Assembly (NCBI GenBank): GCA_031275825.1 | Contig: JAISOH010000059.1 | Coordinates: 1-50,693 of the forward strand | Direction of reading: 5' to 3' | DNA: 50,693 nt | Origin: Prevotellaceae bacterium | Lineage (GTDB): Bacteria; Bacteroidota; Bacteroidia; Bacteroidales; UBA932 | Shown: positions 25,395-34,500 of the stretch, piece after piece | Numbering within the stretch: the stretch's first letter is position 1 | Layout: every line of letters begins with the position of its first letter | The notes under the pieces: generated by a model | Database searches by the model: none | Told to the model about the DNA's origin: nothing | What the model saw: only the letters and a program-made list of their open reading frames with translations | Made by a program: the position numbers and the translations under genes

Positions 25395-28300
25395 ATGAAA
25401 AATTTTGAAAAATACATGCCGCATCGTTTTATGGTAAAATCATTTTTAATTTTTATATGTATAATTTTAACGGCGAAATTTTCGATTGCCCAAAATCAGC
25501 GAATAATTAATATTAATAATGAAAGCAGTTTTCAAAATCTTGTCAAACAACAAAATCACCTTTCATTAAAGAATATGTTTCCGAAAGAAGTTGAAAATTT
25601 TCGACCCTTTGAACATAACTTGCAATTAAAAAATTTAACGTCAAAAAACCATGGCGATATTTTATTGCTTGATTTTTTTGACAATAAAAAATATAAGGCT
25701 ATTGTGCAAAAGGTAACAGTCGATTACGATGGTATAAAAGGAATAACGGCAAAAATACTTGATACAGATTTCGGATACTGCTATATTTCGATTTCGAAAA
25801 AAGGAATATCAATTTCTGCAGACATTCCTCTACTCAACGAGCAGTTTTTTGTTGCAAAGAAAAACGGTAAAAGTTATTTAACGCACTGCAAAATGTCGGA
25901 AATGAAAAAAAATGAATTGGACTGTGACGATATTGATTTGCACGAATTGGAAAATTCGGAACATACAGATACATCGGGACATGCAAATATTACTCATTAT
26001 GAAGATATTGCATTTGATGCAGGCAGTTGCACATTTCCTCCGGACAATATATCCGATTCAGTAACAGTTAATGTGATGATTGTATATACTGAAAATGCCG
26101 AACAGTATGCCGATGATTATTTTACCGATATTGACAATGTTATTGATCAGGCTATGCAAAGAGCCAATGTTGCCATGGAAAATTCCTTGACAAACATAAC
26201 TTTCACTTTGGCATATAAACATAAAGTCAATTATACCGAAGTTAATAACAATAATGATTTGTATAATTTAACAAACACCGCCGATGGCTATATGGATGAA
26301 GTACACGATCTTCGCAAACAGTATAAAGCCGACTTGGTAATGCTTATTCCGAAAGTAGGATTTACAGGCGGTTTGGCTTGGTTATTGGATGCTTATATAC
26401 CGGGAAACGGTCGTCCTGCTTATGGTTTTGGATTATCAAGAGTGCAACAGACTTCGTGGACTTATACAATGGTACATGAAATGGGACACAATATGGGATG
26501 CGGTCATCACTGGCAACAAAATTCAGGACCAGGACCCGGTCTGTTTTCATATTCTTCGGGTTATCGTGGACAGGATGAAAATTTAAACTGGTATTCAACC
26601 ATAATGACTTATGAAAATGGCATTTATTATACCGATGGAAATGAGGCTCCACGAATTGCGTTTTTTTCTGACCCCGATATAATTCACAGTGGAGTTAATA
26701 TAGGAGATGCTGTTTATGCCAACAATGCTTTAACTTTGCGACAGTCAAAACATGCCGTGTCAAGGTATTCGGATTATTTTGTTCCGGGATTGAAATGTTT
26801 AAGTGTAAGCGAAGGAACTCTTTCTCCTGTATTTCATACCGATACCGCTAACTATACGGTAACCGTACCATCAAGTGTTTCATCTGTTACCGTATATGCA
26901 ATGCCTTCGCATCCAAGTTCAACCATTCTTGCAGGAGGAACAGGAACACATTCATTATTATGCAATTCAAACCATATAACAGTTACTGTTCAGACCCCTG
27001 ATAATTCAACAAAATCATATACGCTAACAGTTATCCGTACATGTGAAGCAACAGTTTCACCTTCAGATACTGCAATATGTGTCGGCGGTTCGGCAACATT
27101 AAGAGCAGGCGGAAATGCAGGAGCAATATTCAAATGGTATGACAGCCAGACAGGAGGAACATTGCTTCATACAGGAAACATCTATACGGTATCCCCGGCA
27201 TATACAACAGATTACTATGTATCTCAAACAGATTCGGGAATAGAAAGTACTCGCGCCAAAGCAACAGTAACAGTAATTCCGTTACCAAATGCGCCAACGG
27301 CAAACGATATTAACACATGTTATGATGGGAATACGCATACGGCAGGCGCAACAGCTGAGACAGACGAATCGGTTGTCTGGTACGCACTAGCAAGCGGTGG
27401 AACCGTAACGGCAGCGCCAAGCCGAAACACAGCAGGAACAACAACGGCTTATGCAGCCGCAAAAAACAATATTACAGGTTGTGAAAGCGCAACCCGCACA
27501 GCAGTGAGCGTTACAATAAATCCTGAATATAACATAAATATTTATGATACCGTATGTACAAGCGAAAGTTACATGTTCAACGGAAATACATATACGGCAA
27601 CAGGAATTTATACAGACAGTTTAATATCCTGTTTTGGATGCGATAGTATTATTACGCTTGATTTGACAGTATTGCAGTCATGTAATCAACAAAATATAAA
27701 TACAGATAACGATTATTACGAACTTGTGTATGGTGCAATTCCGTTTAATTTTACCGCAACGGCATCAAGCGGCTTGCCTCTTACATTCACCACAACGGGA
27801 ACATCTGTCGATATACGGAATATATCCGCAGGACAGTATTTGGCAACTGTGCAGGAAACCGGTACAACCGTAGTTACATTTCAACAGGCAGGAGACAGTT
27901 ATTTTGCACCTGCAGAATTATCAGTTACAATAAAAATCAATCCTGCCGAATTAACCATTAAAGCCGAAGATTACATTATCTATGCAGGCGATGCTCTTCC
28001 TGTATTCGGATACAAATGCAGCGGATTTGTATATGGAGAGGATTCTACCGTTCTCACGAAATTTCCCGTCATATCATGTTCTGCCGTCAATACAAATGTT
28101 GCAGGAGAATATCCTGTAACAGTAAATGGAGCTGAAGCTGATAACTATACAATAAAATATATAAGCGGAAGATTGAAAATCAAAAACAGAAAAGAGCCGT
28201 TACCAAATGTATTTACGCCGTATAATCAGGATAATATTAATGATATTTTTGGGGAAAATTATGATTTGCATATATTCAACCGTTTGGGTATTTGTTTGTT

Positions 28301-28430
28301 TAAAGGCAATAATGGATGGGATGGAAAATATAAAGGGAAAATGGTGCCTCCCGGCGTATATTATTACTGTGCAAAAGATTCAAACGGATACGAATACAAA
28401 GGTTCGATAATACTGATAAAGAATAATTAG
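25395..28430 (+). CDS. secreted metzincin zinc metalloprotease with Ig-like/cadherin-like/MBG-like repeats and a T9SS type-B C-terminal sorting domain
   Basis: 1011 aa with a signal peptide. It has HEMGHNMGCGHH (HEXXHXXGXXH) and a cadherin-like segment LSVSEGTLSPVFHTDTANYTVTV. A repeated Ig-like segment reads ICVGGSATLRA...WYDSQTGG. The C-terminus PNVFTPYNQDNINDIF...PPGVYYYCAKD...GSIILIK is typical of gliding-motility-associated C-terminal domains. Confidence 0.85.
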   Translation: MKNFEKYMPHRFMVKSFLIFICIILTAKFSIAQNQRIININNESSFQNLVKQQNHLSLKNMFPKEVENFRPFEHNLQLKNLTSKNHGDILLLDFFDNKKYKAIVQKVTVDYDGIKGITAKILDTDFGYCYISISKKGISISADIPLLNEQFFVAKKNGKSYLTHCKMSEMKKNELDCDDIDLHELENSEHTDTSGHANITHYEDIAFDAGSCTFPPDNISDSVTVNVMIVYTENAEQYADDYFTDIDNVIDQAMQRANVAMENSLTNITFTLAYKHKVNYTEVNNNNDLYNLTNTADGYMDEVHDLRKQYKADLVMLIPKVGFTGGLAWLLDAYIPGNGRPAYGFGLSRVQQTSWTYTMVHEMGHNMGCGHHWQQNSGPGPGLFSYSSGYRGQDENLNWYSTIMTYENGIYYTDGNEAPRIAFFSDPDIIHSGVNIGDAVYANNALTLRQSKHAVSRYSDYFVPGLKCLSVSEGTLSPVFHTDTANYTVTVPSSVSSVTVYAMPSHPSSTILAGGTGTHSLLCNSNHITVTVQTPDNSTKSYTLTVIRTCEATVSPSDTAICVGGSATLRAGGNAGAIFKWYDSQTGGTLLHTGNIYTVSPAYTTDYYVSQTDSGIESTRAKATVTVIPLPNAPTANDINTCYDGNTHTAGATAETDESVVWYALASGGTVTAAPSRNTAGTTTAYAAAKNNITGCESATRTAVSVTINPEYNINIYDTVCTSESYMFNGNTYTATGIYTDSLISCFGCDSIITLDLTVLQSCNQQNINTDNDYYELVYGAIPFNFTATASSGLPLTFTTTGTSVDIRNISAGQYLATVQETGTTVVTFQQAGDSYFAPAELSVTIKINPAELTIKAEDYIIYAGDALPVFGYKCSGFVYGEDSTVLTKFPVISCSAVNTNVAGEYPVTVNGAEADNYTIKYISGRLKIKNRKEPLPNVFTPYNQDNINDIFGENYDLHIFNRLGICLFKGNNGWDGKYKGKMVPPGVYYYCAKDSNGYEYKGSIILIKNN

Positions 28431-28484
28431 TCTATCCTCAATAATGCATTTTCATTCATTAATTTCGGCATGTGATTTGTTTTT

Positions 28485-28515
28485 AATAAACAGTTTGTGC
28501 GGCTATTAATGAGCG
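28485..28515 (+). repeat. dispersed motif copy 2 (AATAAACAGTTTGTGCGGCTATTAATGAGCG)
   Basis: See 1825-1855 and 34317-34346. Confidence 0.7.
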
Positions 28516-28626
28516 ATTGTTTAATTGTTTCCTACTTTTTCGGGTTGTTTAGTTTGTTATTTCGCTTTACGAAAACAGCAGAATCAATATTATTATGGCT
28601 AAAATTACCTATATACTCGTTCTTTA

Positions 28627-28872
28627 TCAATCAAGCATTTTGGAATGAAATAAATGAGAAAAAACAACGGAAAAAAATTGAACGAAAAAGTCGTTTGGCT
28701 TTTCTGCCAATATTTCCATTTTTTTCTTCAAATTACATGCCGTTACCGACATGAATGCATTGATTCGCATATATTTAACTCCATGCAAATAATTTTGCAC
28801 CATCCGAAAATCTGTTTTTAAGCGCCCGATAACCGGTTCTATGCCAGCCTGCGAACGAAATTTCTTCCGCTT
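28627..28872 (-). pseudogene. C-terminal remnant of an IS (IS5/IS4-like DDE) transposase
   Basis: The minus strand translates to KRKKFRSQAGIEPVIGRLKTDFRMVQNYLHGVKYMRINAFMSVTACNLKKKMEIL.... The (A/S)xIEPVIGxLKxDxRMxxNxL block is the conserved C-terminal motif of these transposases. The upstream part is interrupted by stops. Confidence 0.6.
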
Positions 28873-29103
28873 TTAACGCTTTTTATATTCAGTATCAGTA
28901 TTTTCAGGTTTATCAAGGCTATTTCAAATTTGACAGCAAGCAGGTATATGTTTCACAAAAAGTTCAGAACAGTTTAAGCAGTCACGACGAATTGAAAGAT
29001 GTTCCCAAAGGAATTTTAAAATTGTGGACATGCTCAATTTCACTATGACATATAGAATTTTTTAAATAAATAGTAATAACCGAATAAAAAACTGTTGATT
29101 AAT

Positions 29104-29236
29104 GGAGGCTGTCTTAAAACTCCGGTTTCGTCATTGCGAGCCGTTAGGCAAAGCAATCTAAATGTTGATTATCAATAGATTGCTTCGGGTTGCACCCTCG
29201 CAATGACGTGTAAAATACCATTTTGAGACAGCCTCT
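29104..29236. repeat. 133-bp REP/MITE-like nested palindrome
   Basis: The outer arms are GGAGGCTGTCTTAAAA and TTTTGAGACAGCCTCT. The inner arms are CGTCATTGCGAG and CTCGCAATGACG. The innermost arms are GCAATCT and AGATTGC. Half-copies of the CTCGCAATGACG motif occur near 1690-1710 and 42290-42310. Confidence 0.7.
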
Positions 29237-29311
29237 ATTTTTCATAAAAGACGCGAATAAATATTACATAAGACCTCTTGCGGAATCAAAAAAAACCTGT
29301 ACTTTTGTTGA

Positions 29312-29791
29312 ATGAAATACGATAACATCAAAAATTATAAACAGGAAGAATTTCGTCGCTTAACCGGAGTAAAGCCCGACACATCCTCGGTCATGGTAGA
29401 AGTATTGGTCAGGGCATATGCCGTTAAACACGGTCGCTGCTGTCGTTCGCCGAAGCTAAGTATTGAAGATATGTTATTGGCTACGCCGGGATATTTACGG
29501 GAATACAGTACATACACACACATAGCAGCCGATTTTGGCATTTCGGAAAGTAATCTGTTTCGAGCAGTAAGGTGGGTTGAAAATACGCTCGTAAAAGACG
29601 GACGTTTTCATTTGCCCGGCAAGAAGGAGTTAGTAAAAAGCGATGCACAGTATGAAGTGGTATTGGTTGACGCAACCGAAACCCCGTGCGAACGCCAAAA
29701 AAAACAGCGGAAACGGTATAGCGGCAAGAAAAAAACGGTTCCCGCCTGCAATGCAATTTTACAATATGTTTGCCGAAGAAACTGTGTGTAA
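29312..29791 (+). pseudogene. N-terminal part of a DDE_Tnp_4/IS5-like transposase, truncated
   Basis: FRRLTGVKPDT...LSIEDMLLATPGYLREYSTYTHIAADFGISESNLFRAVRWVENTL...EVVLVDATETPCERQKKQRKRYSGKKK matches the HTH plus first catalytic-D region of this family. The sequence then diverges and stops before the rest of the DDE domain. Confidence 0.55.
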
Positions 29792-29947
29792 AGTCATGTG
29801 CGAAAATAAAACTGTTGATAAAAAATCTTCCGAACATTGGCAGTTTCGGATATTTTGCCAACACATACTGTCAGACCTGCTTATAATAATGCAGAGTGCG
29901 TAAAATAAAAAAAATCTTTTTAAATACAATACATCTTTAAATAAATT

Positions 29948-32317
29948 ATGAATAAAAAAATTAAAATTATCGGTTTTTTATCTTTGTTGATGCTAAATAT
30001 GCAGATTTGCTACTGCCAATATTCACTGAATGGAAAAATAACAGATGCTCAACAGAATGTTATTGAGTATTTTCAAATATCCATACTGAATCCTGAAGAC
30101 AGTACTTTATTAACAGGAGGTTCATTTGTCAATGGACATTTTGAAATACGGCAGAATCAGGAAAAATCCATCCTGAAAATTTCGGCTCCCGGATACAAAG
30201 ACAGATATTTTCCTGTTTACATACGGGAACAGTCTTCTAAAACATTGGAAACCGTAGAATTGGAAAAAAATGTGATTGAACTGTCGGAGACGGTTGTCAG
30301 GGCAAATATGCCGCGGGTCAAAATCGAACAGGACAAAATGGTTGTTAATATTGAAAACACTTTGATTAGCGATGCCGGAACGGCTGTCGATGTCCTCCGA
30401 CGGACGCCCTTCGTGCTGGTGGACGCAAACAGTAACATTTCCGTCGCCGGAAGAGAAAATACGCTGATACTCTTAAACGGACGGCAAATACGCAGCAATG
30501 AAGAAATTTCTTTCCTGAACTCGTCCGATATAAAAAGAATAGAAGTAATTGAAAATCCTTCTTCAAAATACGATGCCGAAGGACATGCCATTATCAACAT
30601 AATCACCGTGAAAGCAAATAAACCGCAACTGAACGCAAGCCTCTATTCGCGGTTTTCGCACGGGCGAACGCCTGCATTTACAGAATCTGCGGAATTATCC
30701 TGCAATGTTTCCGGATTAAGTTTTTATTTAAGATACGCATACAGTCATTCGGAAAACGAAGGATTTAACAATGATCGGATGCAGTACGACAAGGCAAACT
30801 ACAGTTTCAAGTCCTGGCTGTATGATGTGGAGAACAAATCGAAGTTATTAAGACACAGTTACAATTTCGGGTTCGATTATGCGCCGAACGATAAACACAA
30901 AATAGGCATGCAGGCTGACGGATATTTCACAAACCGAAGTTCGGCATATCTCCGTTATCTGGAAATAGAACGCAACGGCATTGAAAATCCGGCACAGGAA
31001 TCGCGCAAGCGGTCTGATGCAAAATCGCAAAGCAATACCTTCGGTGTGAATTACAGCTACAAAGACACACTTGGGTTTGAATTAAACGTTATCGCCGATT
31101 ATACCGGTTACAGTTCGCCAAATACGGAAAATATCCATGAAACAAATGCAATTCAATCTTACGAAAGTTTATTGAAAAACATGTCAACAGCTGATTACAG
31201 TTTATTTTCCGCTAAAATAGACGGAATAATCCCGCTGAAAAAAATAAGTTCAAGATTGGAAGTGGGAAGTAAATTTTCTATGGTTGATAATAAAAGCGCT
31301 GTGGATTTCTATAAATACCAGACCAATCAATGGGACAGGGTTGATGAATACAGCAGTAACGCTTCATATACGGAAAAATTACTGGCTTTTTATGTTCTGC
31401 TTGCGGGAAAATTGAAAAAGTGGGATTATACTTTGGGAATGAGAATGGAAAATGACAATGTTACCAATAAAGATCAGTCGGATTTGCAGACCACGCTTCG
31501 CAATGAACGGTTTTCCCTGTTTCCAAATATATCTGCCGGCTATCGCATAAATGAAAATTATTCCATAAGCATGAGCTATTCGCGCAGAATTTCCCGTCCG
31601 GGTTATGCTACGCTCAACAACACCCTCTATTATCTGGATTCGCTTTCCACACGGCAGGGCAATCCTTACCTTAAATCTACTTTTTTTAATACCTTATCCC
31701 TGAAAACAGTTTTGAACAAAAATATTGTCGCCACTGTTACGTATTCATTCATAGAAGATCCTGTTGATCTAATGTTTATCAACGACAATGTACACATTGA
31801 GCAGTTTACCATTATAAGAAAAAATACGAAGAATACCCGGCAAATCGGATTTAACATTAGCGGCTCGTTCAATTATAAAATTTGGGCAACGCAACCGTTT
31901 TTGTCTTACGGTTACAGACCGTCCGCCATTGTTGACAATGACACTGAATACGTATTTAAAAATCCTTATTACACAATTTCATGGAATAATCAGTTTTCTC
32001 TTCCGAAATCATGGGTCATTGAAGCCAACCTGAGTTACTCGCAGCCGGGAGGAAGCTATATGGACTTTGGCAAGCAACTCGATTTTAACATTGGCGTAAG
32101 AAAAAAACTTTTGAAAGATAGGTTAACCATCCAGTTCGCCTATTATGATGGATTGTACAAATGGACGCAACATTATCAATACAGTTATAAGACTTATAAC
32201 ATGACTTACGATGACGAACGCAGGTATGCAAGCATTAGCCTGCGGTACAATTTCAATGCAAAATCGCCTTCATTTAAGAAAAAATCTGCAAGTGAAGAAG
32301 AACGAAACAGGATGTAG
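29948..32317 (+). CDS. outer-membrane beta-barrel family protein (CarboxypepD_reg-like N-domain), orphan fourth paralog
   Basis: 789 aa with a signal peptide. It has an N-terminal GKITDAQQNVIEYFQISIL segment and a plug-like LRRTPFV...LLNGRQ stretch, then a beta-strand-rich remainder. GC is noticeably higher than in the other three paralogs. Confidence 0.8.
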   Translation: MNKKIKIIGFLSLLMLNMQICYCQYSLNGKITDAQQNVIEYFQISILNPEDSTLLTGGSFVNGHFEIRQNQEKSILKISAPGYKDRYFPVYIREQSSKTLETVELEKNVIELSETVVRANMPRVKIEQDKMVVNIENTLISDAGTAVDVLRRTPFVLVDANSNISVAGRENTLILLNGRQIRSNEEISFLNSSDIKRIEVIENPSSKYDAEGHAIINIITVKANKPQLNASLYSRFSHGRTPAFTESAELSCNVSGLSFYLRYAYSHSENEGFNNDRMQYDKANYSFKSWLYDVENKSKLLRHSYNFGFDYAPNDKHKIGMQADGYFTNRSSAYLRYLEIERNGIENPAQESRKRSDAKSQSNTFGVNYSYKDTLGFELNVIADYTGYSSPNTENIHETNAIQSYESLLKNMSTADYSLFSAKIDGIIPLKKISSRLEVGSKFSMVDNKSAVDFYKYQTNQWDRVDEYSSNASYTEKLLAFYVLLAGKLKKWDYTLGMRMENDNVTNKDQSDLQTTLRNERFSLFPNISAGYRINENYSISMSYSRRISRPGYATLNNTLYYLDSLSTRQGNPYLKSTFFNTLSLKTVLNKNIVATVTYSFIEDPVDLMFINDNVHIEQFTIIRKNTKNTRQIGFNISGSFNYKIWATQPFLSYGYRPSAIVDNDTEYVFKNPYYTISWNNQFSLPKSWVIEANLSYSQPGGSYMDFGKQLDFNIGVRKKLLKDRLTIQFAYYDGLYKWTQHYQYSYKTYNMTYDDERRYASISLRYNFNAKSPSFKKKSASEEERNRM

Positions 32318-32810
32318 CATATTAATGAATATCTTTATTTGTTAATATTTGGCTGTAATTTGTTGTTTGCAAATGATTTACTCCCTTATTACATGACGGC
32401 TGGTACGGTTTTCCATGATGGGAAAATTGATATTTTATTTTAATTTTCAGACAGTATATTTCAATTTTAACTGTTTATGTGAATCAAACACGGTATTTTG
32501 ATTATAAATCATTAAAAAAAACAGTATGATAATTAAAATATCAAACATTATATTTTTCCGTGAAAATCTTACATGAAAATTAATTTTTGCAAAAAGTATT
32601 TTGTCGCGGTTTTTGCATAATAAACATATTGGTTACATGTTAAAATCAATGTGATTTACACAGGTAAAAAATATTGTAAATGTTGTTTTGTTAGTTTGAA
32701 TTTTCAATATTTATTTGGAATGAAGTTATAATTATCAGGCAATATATCTAAAATAATAACATAATAATGTTAAATTAAAGCATGTTGATTGTTGAGTTGA
32801 ATTGCCTGCA

Positions 32811-33899
32811 TCAGAAATATTTTCTGTTTTTGAGCAAAGCTTCATCAACTAATTTTTTGATGTCGTTATCGTTTGTTTTGGGACAAACAAGCAAAACATC
32901 ATCGGTATCTACAATCAAATAATTATCAATGTCTTTTATCACAACAAGTTTGTTCGGATTTGCCTTTATCATTGATTTTTTAACATTTTCGATAAAAATA
33001 TTTTTTGCATCTATCAAATTATGTGATTCGTCTTTAGTTTTATGCAAAAATAAAGAACCCCATGTTCCAAGGTCGCTCCAACCGAAATCGGCGCATACAA
33101 CATCTACATTTTGAGCCTTTTCCATAATTCCAAAATCTATGGAAATAGCTCTGCATTCCGAATAGGCATTTAAAATAAAATCTTTTTCCCTGTCCGTACA
33201 GTAAATATTTGCTCCTGCCGACAAAAGTTCGGAAATATCGGGAAGGTAAGTGTCAAAAGCTTTTTTTATCGTATCAAGCGACCAGATAAAAATACCCGAA
33301 TTCCAAAAAAATTCTCCGCTTTCGACAAATATTTTCGCCATTTCAAAATTTGGTTTTTCAGTAAAAGTTTTCACCTTAAACACTCCCGATTCGTCGCTTT
33401 CTTTTTTATTAATCTGAATATATCCGTAGCCTGTTTCCGGTCGCGTAGGCTGAATTCCTATTGTTACCATTGTTTTTTTTTGTTCGGCTGTATGTAAACA
33501 TTTTTGTACGGTATCAATAAAAGTGTTTTCGTCTAAAATCAAATGATCTGAAGGCGAAACAACAACCGTAGCATCCGGATTTTTTGCAAGCAGTTTATAA
33601 GTTGCATAAGCAATGCAGGGCGCCGTATTACGCCTGACAGGTTCTATCAAAATATTTTCATCTGCTATATCGGGTAATTGTTTTTTTACAAGATTTACAT
33701 GCGATTCTCCGATTACAACCAAAATATTTTCTTTCGGAATTATTTTTTCAAATCTGGCAAATGTTTGCTGTATAAATGTTTTGCCTGTTCCGAGAATATC
33801 AAGAAACTGTTTGGGATGCCTGTCTCGACTTAATGGCCAGAAACGAACGCCTGCGCCGCCTGCCATTATTACGCAATAGTGATTTTTGTTTTTTATCAT
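32811..33899 (-). CDS. mannose-1-phosphate guanylyltransferase (nucleotidyltransferase family)
   Basis: It has VIMAGGAGVRFWPLSRDRHPKQFL (the GGxGxRLWPLS signature). I place the start at MIKNKNHYC (33899) rather than the longest ORF (33980). Confidence 0.85.
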   Translation of the reverse strand: MIKNKNHYCVIMAGGAGVRFWPLSRDRHPKQFLDILGTGKTFIQQTFARFEKIIPKENILVVIGESHVNLVKKQLPDIADENILIEPVRRNTAPCIAYATYKLLAKNPDATVVVSPSDHLILDENTFIDTVQKCLHTAEQKKTMVTIGIQPTRPETGYGYIQINKKESDESGVFKVKTFTEKPNFEMAKIFVESGEFFWNSGIFIWSLDTIKKAFDTYLPDISELLSAGANIYCTDREKDFILNAYSECRAISIDFGIMEKAQNVDVVCADFGWSDLGTWGSLFLHKTKDESHNLIDAKNIFIENVKKSMIKANPNKLVVIKDIDNYLIVDTDDVLLVCPKTNDNDIKKLVDEALLKNRKYF

Positions 33900-34316
33900 G
33901 ATTTTATGATTAAAATAATAATTATGCAAAATTAAGAAATTAAATGATATTTTGCCATAATCTGCAAAAAAACATTGCAAAAACGACAGAATAATTATAT
34001 AAAGTCTAATAAAATTTTATAAATAATTGTGATTATAATATTAAAAATCAACAATTCAATTTTAATGTAATTGAACTTTTCGACTATATTCTATAATAAT
34101 CGAAAAAATATTTTTTGCCTGACATATTAGCAGCGTTTATTGCAGTTGAACAAACAATTACGCTGCAGATAAAAACAGGCAAAAGCCACCGCGCCTGCAA
34201 AAAACATGAGCGCCCGAAAACACCGCCATCTTGAAAATAAACAAAAGTGAACATGGAAACTAATTGAAAATCAAAAATGTTATTTTTTCGGCAATCTGCG
34301 TTTATGATTTCTTTTT

Positions 34317-34346
34317 AACAAACAGTTTGTGCGGTTTTAAGGAGCG
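34317..34346 (+). repeat. dispersed motif copy 3 (AACAAACAGTTTGTGCGGTTTTAAGGAGCG)
   Basis: This is the most diverged copy. With copy 2 it also shares the upstream TGATTT(G/C)TTTTT. Confidence 0.6.
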
Positions 34347-34500
34347 ACTAAATAACAAAAAAACGTTTTTTTCATGTCGTGAAAATCCAAAAACAGAATT
34401 CAAAATCAAAAAAAAATGATAATCTTTTCCATAAAATAGAAAAAAGTATTAACTTTGCGCCTCAATTGTTAAAAGTTACATGAAATAATATCAAAAAAAT

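Noticed and set aside
28497-28754. 85-aa plus-strand ORF
   Set aside because: The opposite strand encodes a recognisable transposase C-terminal motif (IEPVIGRLKTDFRMVQNYL). The plus-strand ORF is a hydrophobic low-complexity antisense product.
29481-29903. ORFs 29481-29864 (minus strand) and 29643-29903 (plus strand)
   Set aside because: They overlap the truncated transposase fragment in other frames and show no motifs. This is most likely decayed IS sequence.
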